Below are positions 1-15,000 of a DNA stretch of 64,000 nt, one piece after another; the stretch's first letter is position 1; each line of letters opens with the position of its first letter. The stretch covers positions 3,596,001 to 3,660,000 of the forward strand of contig OZ024759.1 in assembly GCA_964016885.1 (NCBI GenBank), read 5' to 3'. Under the pieces are notes generated by a model. It was given only the letters and a program-made list of their open reading frames with translations, searched no databases and was not told the origin of the DNA. Source of the DNA: Eledone cirrhosa (taxonomy: Eukaryota). The position numbers and the translations under genes are program-made.

Positions 1-3000
1 GTGTCTACAGTGTCTGTGTGTCTACAGTGTCTGTGTGTCTACAGTGTCTGTGTGTCTACAGTGACTGTGTATCTGCAGTGTCTGTGTGTCTACAATGCCT
101 GTGTCTCTACATTGTCTGTGTCTACAGTGTCTGTGTGTCTACAATGTCTGTGTGTCTACAGTGTCTGTGTGTCTACAGTGTCTGTGTGTCTACAATGTCT
201 GTGTCTCTACATTGTCTGTGTCTCTACAGTGTCTGTGTCTACAGTGTCTGTGTGTCTACAATGTCTGTGTGTCTACAATGTCTGTGTGTCTACAATGTCT
301 GTGTGTCTACAATGTCTGTGTGTCTACAATGTCTGTGAGTCTACAATGTCTGTGTGTCTACAGTGTCTGTGTGTCTACAGTGTCTGTGTGTCTACAGTGT
401 CTGTGTTTCTACAGTGTCTGTGTGTCTACAGTGTCTGTGTGTGTACAGTGTCTGTGTCTACTGTGTCTACAGTGTCTGTGTCTACAGTGTCTGAGTCTAC
501 AATGTTTGTGTGTCTACAGTGTCTGTGTGTGTACAGTGTCTGTGTCTACAGTGTCTGAGTCTACAATGTCTGTGTGTCTACAATGCCTGTGTCTACAGTG
601 TCCGTGTGTCTGTGTCTACAGTGTCTGTGTCTACAATACCTGTGTTTACAGTGTCTGTGTGTCTACAGTCTCTGAGTCTACAATGTCTGTGTGTCTACAA
701 TGCCTGTGTCTACAGTGTCCGTGTGTCTGTGTCTACAGTGTCTGTGAATACAATGCCTGTGTCTACAGTGTCTGTGTGTCTACAGTGTCTGTGTCTACAG
801 TGTCTGTGTCTACAGTGTCTGAGTCTACAATGTCTGTGTGTCTACAGTGTCTGTGTCTACAGTGTCCGTGTGTCTGTCTACAGTGTCTGTGTGTCTACAG
901 TGTCTGTGTCTACAGTGACTGTGTGTCTACAGTGTCTGTGTGTCTACAATATGTGTCTACAGTGTCTGTGTCTACAGTGTCTGTGTGTCTACACTGTCTG
1001 TCTGTCTACAGTGTTTGTGTATCTACAGTGTCTGTGTGTCTACAATGTATGTGTGTCTACAGTGTCTGTGTGTCTACGTCTGTGTGTCTACAGTGTCTGT
1101 GTGTCTACAGTGTCTGTGTCTCTACATTGTCTGTGTGTCTACAGTGTCTGTGTCTACAGTGTCTGTGTGTCTACAGTGTCTGTGTGTCTACAGTGTCTGT
1201 GTGTCTACAGTGTCTGTGTCTACAGTGTCTGTCTGTCTACAGTGTCTGTGTCTACAGTGTCTGTGTGTCTACAATGTCTGTGTGTCTACAATGTCTGTGT
1301 GTCTACAGTGTCTGTGTCTACAGTGTCTGTGTGTCTACAGTGTCTGTGTCTACAGTGTCTGTGTGTCCACAGTGTCTGTGTCTACAGTGTCTGTGTGTCT
1401 ACAGTGTCTGTGTCTACAGTGTCTGTGTGTCTACAGTGTCTGTGTCTACAGTGTCTGTGTGTCTACAGTGTCTGTGTGTCTACAATGTCTGTGTGTCTAC
1501 AATGTCTGTGTGTCTACAATGTCTGTGTGTCTACAGTGTCTGTGTGTCTACAGTGTCTGTGTATCTACAGTGTCTGTGTGTCTACAGTGACTGTGTGTCT
1601 ACAATGTCTGTGTGTCTACAATGTCTGTGTCTACAGTGTCTGTGTATCTACAGTGTCTGTGTGTCTACAATGCCTGTGTCTCTACATTGTCTGTGTCTAC
1701 AGTGTCTGTGTGTCTACAATGTCTGTGTGTCTACAATGTCTGTGTCTCTACAGTGTCTGTGTGTTTACAATGTCTGTGTCTACAGTGTCTGTGTGTCTAC
1801 AGTGTCTGTGTGTCTACAATATCTGTGTGTCTACAATATCTGTGTGTCTACAGTGTCTGTATCTACAGTGTCTGTGTCTCTACAGTGTCTGTGTCTACAA
1901 TGTCTGTGTGTCTAAGGTGTCTGTGTGTCTACAGTGTCTGTGTGTCTACAATGTCTGTGTGTCTACAGTGACTGTGTGTCTACAGTGTCTGTGTGTCTAA
2001 AATGTCTGTGTCTACAGTTTCTGTGTGTCTACAGTGTCTGTGTGTCTACAATGTCTGTGTGTCTACAGTGTCTGTGTCTACAGTGTCTGTGTCTACAGTG
2101 TCTGTGTGTCTAAAATGTCTGTGTCTACAGTGACTGTGTGTCTACAATGTTTGTGTGTCTACAGTGTCTCTGTGTCTACAATGCCTGTGTCTACAGTGCC
2201 TGTGTCTACAATGACTGTGTGTCTACAGTGTCTGTGTGTCTACAGTGTCTGTGTCTACAGTGTCTGTGTGTCTACAGTGTCTGTGTGTCTACAGTGTCTG
2301 TGTGTCTACAATGTCTGTGTGTCTACAGTGTCTGTGTGTCTCTGTGTCTACAATGCCTGTGTCTACAGTGCCTGTGTCTACAATGTCTGTGTGTCTACAG
2401 TGTCTGTGTCTACAGTGTCTGTGTGTCTACAGTGTCTGTGTGTCTACAATGTCTGTGTGTCTACAATGTCTGTGTGTCTACAATGTCTGTGTGTCTACAA
2501 TGTCTGTGTGTCTACAATGTCTGTGTGTCTACAGTGTCTGTGTGTCTACAGTGTCTGTGTGTCTACAGTGTCTGTGTGTCTACAGTGTCTGTGTGTCTAC
2601 AGTGACTGTATATACAGTGTCTGTGTGTCTACAGTGTCTGTGTGTCTGTGTGTCTACAATGTCTGTGTCTACAGTGTCTGTGTGTCTAAAATGTCTGTGT
2701 CTACAGTTACTGTGTGTCTACAGTGTCTGTGTGTCTACAATGTCTGTGTGTCTACAGTGTCTGTGTGTCTACAGTGTCTGTGTGTCTACAGTGACTGTGT
2801 GTCTACAATGTCTGTGTGTCTACAATGTCTGAGTGTCTACAATGTCTGTGTGTCTACAATGTCTGTGTGTCTACAGTGCCTGTGTCTACAGTGCCTGTGT
2901 CTACAATGTCTGTGTGTCTACAGTGTCTGTGCCTACAATGCCTGTGTCTACAATGCCTGTGTCTACAGTGTCTGTGTGTCTACAGTGTCTGTGTCTACAG

Positions 3001-6000
3001 TGTCTGAGTCTACAATGTCTGTGTGTCTACAGTGTCTGTGTCTACAGTGTCCGTGTGTCTGTCTACATTGTCCGTGTGTCTACAGTGTCTGTGTCTACAG
3101 TGTCTGTGTGTCTACGTCTGTGTGTCTACACTGTCTGTCTGTCTACAGTGTTTGTGTGTCTACAGTGTCTGTGTGTCTACAATGTCTGTGTCTACAGTGT
3201 TTGTGTGTCTACCGTGTCTGTGTGTCTACAGTGTCTGTGCCTACAGTGTCTGGGTGTCTACAATGTCTGTGTGTCTACAGTGTCTGTGTGTCTACAGTGT
3301 CTGTGTGTCTACAGTGTCTGTGTGTTTACAGTGTCTGTGTGTCTACAGTGTCTGTGTGTCTACAGTGTCTGTGTCTACAGTGTCTGTGTGTCTACAGTGT
3401 CTGTGTGTCTACAAGATGTGTCTACAGTGTCTGTGTCTACACTGTCTGTCTACAACGTTTGTGTGTCTACAGTGTCTGTGTGTTTACAGTGTCTGTGTGT
3501 CTAAAGTGTCTGTGTGTCGACAGTGTCTGTGTCTACAGTGTCTGTGTGTCTACAGTGTCTGTGTGTCTACAAGATGTGTCTACAGTGTCTGTGTCTACAG
3601 TGTCTGTGTGTCTACAGTGTCTGTGTGTCTACAGTGTCTGTGTCTACAGTGTCTGTGTGTCTACAGTGTCTGTGTCTACAGTGTCTACAGTGTCTGTGTG
3701 TCTACAATGTCTGTGTGTCTACAATGTCTGTGTGTCTACAATGTCTGTGTGTCTACAATGTCTGTGTGTCTACAGTGTCTGTGTGTCTACAGTGTCTGTG
3801 TGTCTACAGTGACTGTGTGTCTACAATGTCTGTGTGTCTACAATGTCTGTGTGTCTACAGTGTCTGTGTCTACAGTGTCTGTGTGTCTACAGTGTCTGTG
3901 TGTCTACAATGTCTGTGTGTCTACAATGTCTGTGTCTACAGTGTCTGTGTATCTACAGTGTCTGTGTGTCTACAGTGACTGTGTGTCTACAATGTCTGTG
4001 TGTCTACAATGCCTGTGTCTCTACATTGTCTGTGTCTACAGTGTCTGTGTGTCTACTATGTCTGTGTGTCTACAGTGTCTGTGTGTCTACAGTGTCTGTG
4101 TGTCTACAATGTCTGTGTCTCTACAGTGTCTGTGTCTACAGTGTCTGTGTGTCTACAATGTCTGTGTGTTTACAATGTCTGTGTCTACAGTGTCTGTGTG
4201 TCTACAGTGTCTGTGTGTCTACAATATCTGTGTGTCTACAGTGTCTGTATCTACATTGTCTGTATCTACACTGTCTGTGTCTCTACAGTGTCTGTGTCTA
4301 CAATGTCTGTGTGTCTACAGTGTCTGTGTGTCTAAAATGTCTGTGTCTACAGTTTCTGTGTGTCTACAGTGTCTGTGTGTCTACAATGTCTGTGTGTCTA
4401 CAGTGTCTGTGTCTACAGTGACTGTGTGTCTAAAATGTCTACAGTGACTATGTGTCTACAGTGTCTGTGTGTCTACAATGTTTGTGTGTCTACAATGTCT
4501 GTGTGTCTACAGTGTCTGTGTTTCTACAGTGTCTGTGTGTCTACAGTGACTGTATATACAGTGTCTGTGTGTCTACAGTGTCTGTGTGTCTACAGTGTCT
4601 GTGTGTCTACAATGCCTGTGTCTACAGTGTCTGTGTCTACTGTGTCTACAGTGTCTGTGTCTACTGTGTCTACAGTGTCTGTGTCTACTGTGTCTACAGT
4701 GTCTGTGTCTACAGTGTCTGAGTCTACAATGTCTGTGTGTCTACAGTGTCTGTGTGTGTACAGTGTCTGTGTCTACAGTGTCTGTGTCTACAGTGTCTGA
4801 GTCTACAATGTCTGTGTGTCCGTGTGTCTGTGTCTACAGTGTCTGTGTCTACAGTGCCTGTGTCTACAGTGTCTGTGTGTCTACAGTGTCTGTGTCTACA
4901 GTGTCTGAGTCTACAATTTCTGTGTGTCTACAGTGTCTGTGTCTACAATGTCTGTGTCTACAGTGTCCGTGTGTCTGTCTACAGAGTCTGTGTGTCTACA
5001 GTGTCTGTGTCTACAGTGACTGTGTGTCTACAGTGTCTGTGTGTCTACAATATGTGTCCACAGTGTCCGTGTGTCTGTCTACAGTGTCTGTGTGTCTACA
5101 GTGTCTGTGCCTACAGTGTCTGGGTGTCTACAATGTCTGTGTGTCTACAGTGTCTGTGTGTCTACAGTGTCTGTGTGTCTACAGTGTCTGTGTGTCTACA
5201 GTGTCTGTGTGTCTACAGTGTCTGTGTGTTTACAGTGTCTGTGTGTCTACAGTGTCTGTGTGTCTACAGTGTCTGTGTCTACAGTGTCTGTGTGTCTACA
5301 GTGTCTGTGTGTCTACAGTGTCTGTGTGTCTACAGTGTCTGTGTCTACAGTGTCTGTGTGTCTACAGTGTCTGTGTCTACAGTGTCTGTGTGTCTACAGT
5401 GTCTGTGTGTCCACAATGTCTGTGTGTCTACAATGTCTGTGTGGCTACAATGTCTGTGTGTCTACAATGTCTGTGTGTCTACAGTGTCTGTATCTACATT
5501 GTCTGTATCTACAGTGTCTGTGTGTCTACAATGTCTGTGTGTCTACAATGTCTGTGTGTCTACAGTGTCTGTATCTACATTGTCTGTATCTACAGTGTCT
5601 GTGTGTCTACAGTGTCTGTGTGTCTACAGTGTCTGTGTCTAAAGTGTCTGTGTGTCTACAGTTTCTGTGTCTACAATGTCTGTGTGTCTACAGTGACTGT
5701 GTGTCTACAGTGTCTGTGTGTCTAAAATGTCTGTGTCTACAGTTTCTGTGTGTCTACAGTGTCTGTGTGTCTACAATGTCTGTGTGTCTACAGTGTCTGA
5801 TTCTACAATGTATGTGTGTCTACAGTGTCTGTGCCTACAATGCCTGTGTCTACAGTGTCTGTGTGTCTACAGTGTCTGAGTCTACAATGTCTGTGTGTCT
5901 ACAGTGTCTGTGTCTACAATGTCTGTGTCTATAGTGTCCGTGTGTCTGTCTACAGTGTCTGTGTGTCTACAGTGTCTGTGTCTACAGTGACTGTGTGTCT

Positions 6001-9000
6001 ACAGTGTCTGTGTGTCTACAATATGTGTCCACAGTGTCCGTGTGTCTGTCTACAGTGTCTGTGTGTCTACATTGTCTGTGTCTACGTCTGTGTGTCTACA
6101 CTGTCTGTCTGTCTACAGTGTTTGTGTGTCTACAGTGTCTGTGTGTCTACAATGTCTGTGTCTACAGTGTTTGTGTGTCTACAGTGTCTGTGTGTCTACA
6201 GTGTCTGTGTGCCTACAGTGTCTGGGTGTCTACAATGTCTGGGTGTCTACAGTGTCTGTGTGTCTACAGTGTCTGTGTGTCTACAGTGTCTGTGTGTTTA
6301 CAGTGTCTGTGTGTCTACAGTGTCTGTGTGTCTACAGTGTCTGTGTGTCTACAGTGTCTGTGTCTACAGTGTCTGTGTGTCTACAGTGTCTGTGTCTACA
6401 GTGTCTGTGTGTCTACAGTGTCTGTGTGTCTACAGTGTCTGTGTGTCTACAGTGTCTGTGTGTCTACAATGTCTGTGTGTCTACAATGTCTGTGTGTCTA
6501 CATTGTCTGTATCTACAGTGTCTGTGTGTCTACAGTGTCTGTGTCTAAAGTGTCTGTGTGTCTACAGTTTCTGTGTCTACAATGTCTGTGTGTCTACAGT
6601 GACTGTGTGTCTACAGTGTCTGTGTGTCTAAAATGTCTGTGTCTACAGTTTCTGTGTGTCTACAGTGTCTGTGTGTCTACAATGTCTGTGTGTCTACAAT
6701 GTCTGTGTGTCTACAGTGTCTCTGTGTCTACAATGCCTGTGTCTACAGTGTCTGTGCATCTACAGTGTCTGTGTGTCTACAGTGTCTGTGTGTCTACAAT
6801 GTCTGTGTGTCTACAATGTCTGTGTGTCTACAGTGTCTGTGTGTCTACAGTGTCTGTGTGTCTGTGTGTCTACAATGCCTTTGTCTACAGTGTCTGTGTG
6901 TCTACAATGTCTGTGTCTACAGTGTCTGTGTGTCTAAAATGTCTACAGTGACTGTGTGTCTACAATGTCTGTGTGTCTACAGTGTTTCTGTGTCTACAAT
7001 GCCTGTGTCTACAGTGCCTGTGTCTACAATGTCTGTGTGTCTACAGTGTCTGTGTGTCTACAGTGTCTGTGTCTCTACAGTGTCTGTGTCTACAGTGTCT
7101 GTGTGTCTACAGTGTCTGTGTGTCTACAATGTCTGTGTGTCTACAGTGTCTGTGTGTCTACAGTGTCTGTGTGTCTACAATGTCTGTGTGTCTACAGTGT
7201 CTGTGTGTCTACAGTGTCTCTGTGTCTACAATGCCTGTGTCTACAGTGCCTGTGTCTACAATGTCTGTGTGTCTACAGTGTCTGTGTCTACAGTGTCTGT
7301 GTGTCTACAGTGTCTGTGTGTCTACAATGTCTGTGTGTCTACAATGTCTGTGTGTCTACAATGTCTGTGTGTCTACAATGTCTGTGTGTCTACAATGTCT
7401 GTGTGTCTACAGTGTCTGTGTGTCTACAGTGTCTGTGTGTCTACAGTGTCTGTGTGTCTACAGTGTCTGTGTGTCTACAGTGACTGTATATACAGTGTCT
7501 GTGTGTCTACAGTGTCTGTGTGTCTGTGTGTCTACAATGTCTGTGTCTACAGTGTCTGTGTGTCTAAAATGTCTGTGTCTACAGTTACTGTGTGTCTACA
7601 GTGTCTGTGTGTCTACAATGTCTGTGTGTCTACAGTGTCTGTGTGTCTACAGTGTCTGTGTGTCTACAGTGACTGTGTGTCTACAATGTCTGTGTGTCTA
7701 CAATGTCTGAGTGTCTACAATGTCTGTGTGTCTACAATGTCTGTGTGTCTACAGTGCCTGTGTCTACAGTGCCTGTGTCTACAATGTCTGTGTGTCTACA
7801 GTGTCTGTGCCTACAATGCCTGTGTCTACAATGCCTGTGTCTACAGTGTCTGTGTGTCTACAGTGTCTGTGTCTACAGTGTCTGAGTCTACAATGTCTGT
7901 GTGTCTACAGTGTCTGTGTCTACAGTGTCCGTGTGTCTGTCTACATTGTCCGTGTGTCTACAGTGTCTGTGTCTACAGTGTCTGTGTGTCTACGTCTGTG
8001 TGTCTACACTGTCTGTCTGTCTACAGTGTTTGTGTGTCTACAGTGTCTGTGTGTCTACAATGTCTGTGTCTACAGTGTTTGTGTGTCTACAGTGTCTGTG
8101 TGTCTACAGTGTCTGTGCCTACAGTGTCTGGGTGTCTACAATGTCTGTGTGTCTACAGTGTCTGTGTGTCTACAGTGTCTGTGTGTCTACAGTGTCTGTG
8201 TGTTTACAGTGTCTGTGTGTCTACAGTGTCTGTGTGTCTACAGTGTCTGTGTCTACAGTGTCTGTGTGTCTACAGTGTCTGTGTGTCTACAAGATGTGTC
8301 TACAGTGTCTGTGTCTACAGTGTCTGTGTGTCTACACTGTCTGTCTACAACGTTTGTGTGTCTACAGTGTCTGTGTGTTTACAGTGTCTGTGTGTCTAAA
8401 GTGTCTGTGTGTCGACAGTGTCTGTGTCTACAGTGTCTGTGTGTCTACAGTGTCTGTGTGTCTACAAGATGTGTCTACAGTGTCTGTGTCTACAGTGTCT
8501 GTGTGTCTACAGTGTCTGTGTGTCTACAGTGTCTGTGTCTACAGTGTCTGTGTGTCTACAGTGTCTGTGTCTACAGTGTCTACAGTGTCTGTGTGTCTAC
8601 AATGTCTGTGTGTCTACAATGTCTGTGTGTCTACAATGTCTGTGTGTCTACAATGTCTGTGTGTCTACAGTGTCTGTGTGTCTACAGTGTCTGTGTGTCT
8701 ACAGTGACTGTGTGTCTACAATGTCTGTGTGTCTACAATGTCTGTGTGTCTACAGTGTCTGTGTCTACAGTGTCTGTGTGTCTACAGTGTCTGTGTGTCT
8801 ACAATGTCTGTGTGTCTACAATGTCTGTGTCTACAGTGTCTGTGTATCTACAGTGTCTGTGTGTCTACAGTGACTGTGTGTCTACAATGTCTGTGTGTCT
8901 ACAATGCCTGTGTCTCTACATTGTCTGTGTCTACAGTGTCTGTGTGTCTACTATGTCTGTGTGTCTACAGTGTCTGTGTGTCTACAGTGTCTGTGTGTCT

Positions 9001-12000
9001 ACAATGTCTGTGTCTCTACAGTGTCTGTGTCTACAGTGTCTGTGTGTCTACAATGTCTGTGTGTTTACAATGTCTGTGTCTACAGTGTCTGTGTGTCTAC
9101 AGTGTCTGTGTGTCTACAATATCTGTGTGTCTACAGTGTCTGTATCTACATTGTCTGTATCTACACTGTCTGTGTCTCTACAGTGTCTGTGTCTACAATG
9201 TCTGTGTGTCTACAGTGTCTGTGTGTCTAAAATGTCTGTGTCTACAGTTTCTGTGTGTCTACAGTGTCTGTGTGTCTACAATGTCTGTGTGTCTACAGTG
9301 TCTGTGTCTACAGTGTCTGTGTGTCTAAAATGTCTACAGTGACTATGTGTCTACAGTGTCTGTGTGTCTACAATGTTTGTGTGTCTACAATGTCTGTGTG
9401 TCTACAGTGTCTGTGTGTCTACAGTGACTGTATATACAGTGTCTGTGTGTCTACAGTGTCTGTGTGTCTACAGTGTCTGTGTGTCTACAATGCCTGTGTC
9501 TACAGTGTCTGTGTCTACTGTGTCTACAGTGTCTGTGTCTACTGTGTCTACAGTGTCTGTGTCTACTGTGTCTACAGTGTCTGTGTCTACAGTGTCTGAG
9601 TCTACAATGTCTGTGTGTCTACAGTGTCTGTGTGTGTACAGTGTCTGTGTCTACAGTGTCTGTGTCTACAGTGTCTGAGTCTACAATGTCTGTGTGTCCG
9701 TGTGTCTGTGTCTACAGTGTCTGTGTCTACAGTGCCTGTGTCTACAGTGTCTGTGTGTCTACAGTGTCTGTGTCTACAGTGTCTGAGTCTACAATTTCTG
9801 TGTGTCTACAGTGTCTGTGTCTACAATGTCTGTGTCTACAGTGTCCGTGTGTCTGTCTACAGAGTCTGTGTGTCTACAGTGTCTGTGTCTACAGTGACTG
9901 TGTGTCTACAGTGTCTGTGTGTCTACAATATGTGTCCACAGTGTCCGTGTGTCTGTCTACAGTGTCTGTGTGTCTACAGTGTCTGTGCCTACAGTGTCTG
10001 GGTGTCTACAATGTCTGTGTGTCTACAGTGTCTGTGTGTCTACAGTGTCTGTGTGTCTACAGTGTCTGTGTGTCTACAATGTCTGTGTGTCTACAGTGTC
10101 TGTGTGTCTACAGTGTCTGTGTGTCTGTCTACAGTGTCTGTGTGTCTACACTGTCTGTCTGTCTACAGTGTTTGTGTGTCTACAGTGTCTGTGTGTCTAC
10201 AATGTCTGTGTCTACAGTGTCTGTGTGTCTACAGTGTCTGTGCCTACAGTGTCTGGGTGTCTACAATGTCTGTGTGTCTACAGTGTCTGTGTGTCTACAG
10301 TGTCTGTGTGTCTACAGTGTCTGTGTGTCTACAGTGTCTGTGTGTTTACAGTGTCTGTGTGTCTACAGTGTCTGTGTGTCTACAGTGTCTGTGTCTACAG
10401 TGTCTGTGTGTCTACAGTGTCTGTGTGTCTACAGTGTCTGTGTGTCTACAGTGTCTGTGTCTACAGTGTCTGTGTGTCTACAGTGTCTGTGTCTACAGTG
10501 TCTGTGTGTCTACAGTGTCTGTGTGTCCACAATGTCTGTGTGTCTACAATGTCTGTGTGGCTACAATGTCTGTGTGTCTACAATGTCTGTGTGTCTACAG
10601 TGTCTGTATCTACATTGTCTGTATCTACAGTGTCTGTGTGTCTACAATGTCTGTGTGTCTACAATGTCTGTGTGTCTACAGTGTCTGTATCTACATTGTC
10701 TGTATCTACAGTGTCTGTGTGTCTACAGTGTCTGTGTGTCTACAGTGTCTGTGTCTAAAGTGTCTGTGTGTCTACAGTTTCTGTGTCTACAATGTCTGTG
10801 TGTCTACAGTGACTGTGTGTCTACAGTGTCTGTGTGTCTAAAATGTCTGTGTCTACAGTTTCTGTGTGTCTACAGTGTCTGTGTGTCTACAATGTCTGTG
10901 TGTCTACAGTGTCTGATTCTACAATGTATGTGTGTCTACAGTGTCTGTGCCTACAATGCCTGTGTCTACAGTGTCTGTGTGTCTACAGTGTCTGAGTCTA
11001 CAATGTCTGTGTGTCTACAGTGTCTGTGTCTACAATGTCTGTGTCTATAGTGTCCGTGTGTCTGTCTACAGTGTCTGTGTGTCTACAGTGTCTGTGTCTA
11101 CAGTGACTGTGTGTCTACAGTGTCTGTGTGTCTACAATATGTGTCCACAGTGTCCGTGTGTCTGTCTACAGTGTCTGTGTGTCTACATTGTCTGTGTCTA
11201 CGTCTGTGTGTCTACACTGTCTGTCTGTCTACAGTGTTTGTGTGTCTACAGTGTCTGTGTGTCTACAATGTCTGTGTCTACAGTGTTTGTGTGTCTACAG
11301 TGTCTGTGTGTCTACAGTGTCTGTGTGCCTACAGTGTCTGGGTGTCTACAATGTCTGGGTGTCTACAGTGTCTGTGTGTCTACAGTGTCTGTGTGTCTAC
11401 AGTGTCTGTGTGTTTACAGTGTCTGTGTGTCTACAGTGTCTGTGTGTCTACAGTGTCTGTGTGTCTACAGTGTCTGTGTCTACAGTGTCTGTGTGTCTAC
11501 AGTGTCTGTGTCTACAGTGTCTGTGTGTCTACAGTGTCTGTGTGTCTACAGTGTCTGTGTGTCTACAGTGTCTGTGTGTCTACAATGTCTGTGTGTCTAC
11601 AATGTCTGTGTGTCTACATTGTCTGTATCTACAGTGTCTGTGTGTCTACAGTGTCTGTGTCTAAAGTGTCTGTGTGTCTACAGTTTCTGTGTCTACAATG
11701 TCTGTGTGTCTACAGTGACTGTGTGTCTACAGTGTCTGTGTGTCTAAAATGTCTGTGTCTACAGTTTCTGTGTGTCTACAGTGTCTGTGTGTCTACAATG
11801 TCTGTGTGTCTACAATGTCTGTGTGTCTACAGTGTCTCTGTGTCTACAATGCCTGTGTCTACAGTGTCTGTGCATCTACAGTGTCTGTGTGTCTACAGTG
11901 TCTGTGTGTCTACAATGTCTGTGTGTCTACAATGTCTGTGTGTCTACAGTGTCTGTGTGTCTACAGTGTCTGTGTGTCTGTGTGTCTACAATGCCTTTGT

Positions 12001-15000
12001 CTACAGTGTCTGTGTGTCTACAATGTCTGTGTCTACAGTGTCTGTGTGTCTAAAATGTCTACAGTGACTGTGTGTCTACAATGTCTGTGTGTCTACAGTG
12101 TTTCTGTGTCTACAATGCCTGTGTCTACAGTGCCTGTGTCTACAATGTCTGTGTGTCTACAGTGTCTGTGTGTCTACAGTGTCTGTGTCTCTACAGTGTC
12201 TGTGTCTACAGTGTCTGTGTGTCTACAGTGTCTGTGTGTCTACAATGTCTGTGTGTCTACAATGTCTGTGTGTCTACAATGTCTGTGTGTCTACAATGTC
12301 TGTGTGTCTACAATGTCTGTGTGTCTACAGTGTCTGTGTGTCTACAGTGTCTGTGTGTCTACAGTGTCTGTGTGTCTACAGTGACTGTATATACAGTGTC
12401 TGTGTGTCTACAGTGTCTGTGTGTCTACAGTGTCTGTGTGTCTACAGTGTCTGTGTGTCTACAATGCCTGTGTCTACAGTGTATGTGTGTCTACAGTGTC
12501 TGTGTCTACAGTGTCTGTGTGTCTACAGTGTCTGTGTGTCTACAGTGTCTGTGTGTCTACAGTGTCTATGTCTACAGTGTCTGTGTCTACAGTGTCTGTG
12601 TGTCTACAGTGTCTGTGTGCCTACAATGTCTGTGTGTCAACAGTGACTGTGTGTCTACAGTGTCTGTGTGTCTACAGTGTCTGTGTGTCTACAGTGTCTG
12701 TGTGCCTACAATGTCTGTGTGCCTACAATGTCTGCGTGTCTACAGTGTCTGTGTGTCTACAGTGTCTGTGTGTCTACAGTGTCTGTGTGTTTACAGTGTC
12801 TGTGTGTCTACAGTGTCTGTGTGTCTACAATGTCTGTGTATCTACAATGTCTGTGTGTGTACAATATCTGTGTGTCTACAATGTCTGTGTGTCTACAATG
12901 TCTGTGTGTCTACAGTGTCTGTGTCTACAGTGTCTGTGTGTCTACAGTGTCTGTGTCTACAGTGTCTGTGTGTCTACAGTGTCTGTGTGTCTACAATGTC
13001 TGTGTGTCTACAATGTCTGTGTGTCTACAATGTCTGTGTGTCTACAATGTCTGTGTGTCTACAGTGTCTGTGTGTCTACAGTGTCTGTGTCTCTACATTG
13101 TCTGTGTGTCTACAGTGTCTGTATCTACAGTGTCTGTGTGTCTACAGTGTCTGTGTGTCTACAGTGTCTGTGTGTCTGTGTCTACAGTGTCTGTGTTTCT
13201 ACAGTGTCTGTGTCTACAGTGTCTGTGTGTCTACAGTGTCTGTGTGTCCACAATGTCTGTGTGTCTACAATGTCTGTGTGTCTACAATGTCTGTGTGTCT
13301 ACAGTGTCTGTGTGTCTACAGTGTCTGTATCTACATTGTCTGTATCTACAGTGTCTGTGTCTCTACAGTGTCTATGTCTACAATGTCTGTGTGTCTACAG
13401 TGTCTGTGTGTCTACAGTGTCTGTGTGTCTACAGTGTCTGTGTGTCTACAGTGTCTGTGTCTAAAGTGTCTGTGTCTCTACAGTGACTGTGTGTCTACAG
13501 TGTCTGTGTGTCTAAAATGTCTGTGTCTACAGTTTCTGTGTCTACAGTGTCTGTGTGTCTACAATGTCTGTGTGTCTACAGTGTCTGTGTCTACAGTGTC
13601 TGTGTGTCTAATATGTCTGTGTCTACAGTGACTGTGTGTCTACAGTGTCTGTGTGTCTACAATGTTTGTGTGTCTACAGTGTCTGTGTGTCTACACTGTC
13701 TGTGTCTACAATGTCTGTGTGTCTACAGTGTCTGTGTGTCTAAAATTTCTGTGTCTACAGTGACTGTGTGTCTACAGTGTCTCTGTGTCTACAATGCCTG
13801 TGTCTACAGTGTTTGTGTGTCTACAGTGTCTGTGTCTACAGTGTCTGTGTGTCTACAGTGTCTGTGTGTCTATAGTGTCTGTGTGTCTACAATGTCTGTG
13901 TGTCTACAGTGTCTGTGTGTCTACAGTGTCTGTGTGTCTACAGTGTCTGTGTTTCTACAGTATCTGTGTGTCTACAGTGACTGCATATACAGTATCTGTG
14001 TGTCTACAGTGTCTGTGTGTCTACAATGCCTTTGTCTACAGTGTCTGTGTGTCTACAATGTCTGTGTCTACAGTGTCTGTGTGTCTAAAATGTCTACAGT
14101 GACTGTGTGTCTACAGTGTCTGTGTGTCTACAATGTCTGTGTGTCTACAGTGTCTGTGTGTCTACAATGCCTTTGTCTACAGTGTTTCTGTGTCTACAAT
14201 GCCTGTGTCTACAGTGCCTGTGTCTACAATGTCTGTGTGTCTACAGTGTCTGTGTGTCTACAGTGTCTGTGTCTACAGTGTCTGTGTGTCTACAGTGTCT
14301 GTGTCTACAGTGTCTGTGTGTCTACAGTGTCTGTGTGTCTACAATGTCTGTGTGTCTACAATGTCTGTGTGTCTACAATGTCTGTGTGTCTACAATGTCT
14401 GTGTGTCTACAATGTCTGTTTGTCTACAATGTCTGTGTGTCTACAGTGTCTGTGTGTCTACAGTGTCTGTGTTTCTACAGTGTCTGTGTGTCTACAGTGA
14501 CTGTATATACAGTGTCTGTGTGTCTACAGTGTCTGTGTGTCTACAGTGTCTGTGTGTCTACAATGCCTGTGTCTACAGTGTATGTGTGTCTACAGTGTCT
14601 GTGTCTACAGTGTCTGTGTGTCTACAGTGTCTGTGTGTCTACAGTGTCTATGTCTACAGTGTCTGTGTCTACAGTGTCTGTGTGTCTACAGTGTCTGTGT
14701 GCCTACAATGTCTGTGTGTCAACAGTGACTGTGTGTCTACAGTGTCTGTGTGTCTACAGTGTCTGTGTGTCTACAGTGTCTGTGTGCCTACAATGTCTGT
14801 GTGCCTACAATGTCTGTGTGCCTACAATGTCTGCGTGTCTACAGTGTCTGTGTGTCTACAGTGTCTGTGTGTTTACAGTGTCTGTGTGTCTACAATGTCT
14901 GTGTGTCTACAGTGTCTGTGTGTCTACAATGTCTGTGTGTCTACAATGTCTGTGTGTCTACAATGTCTGTGTCTACAGTGTCTGTGTGTCTACAGTGTCT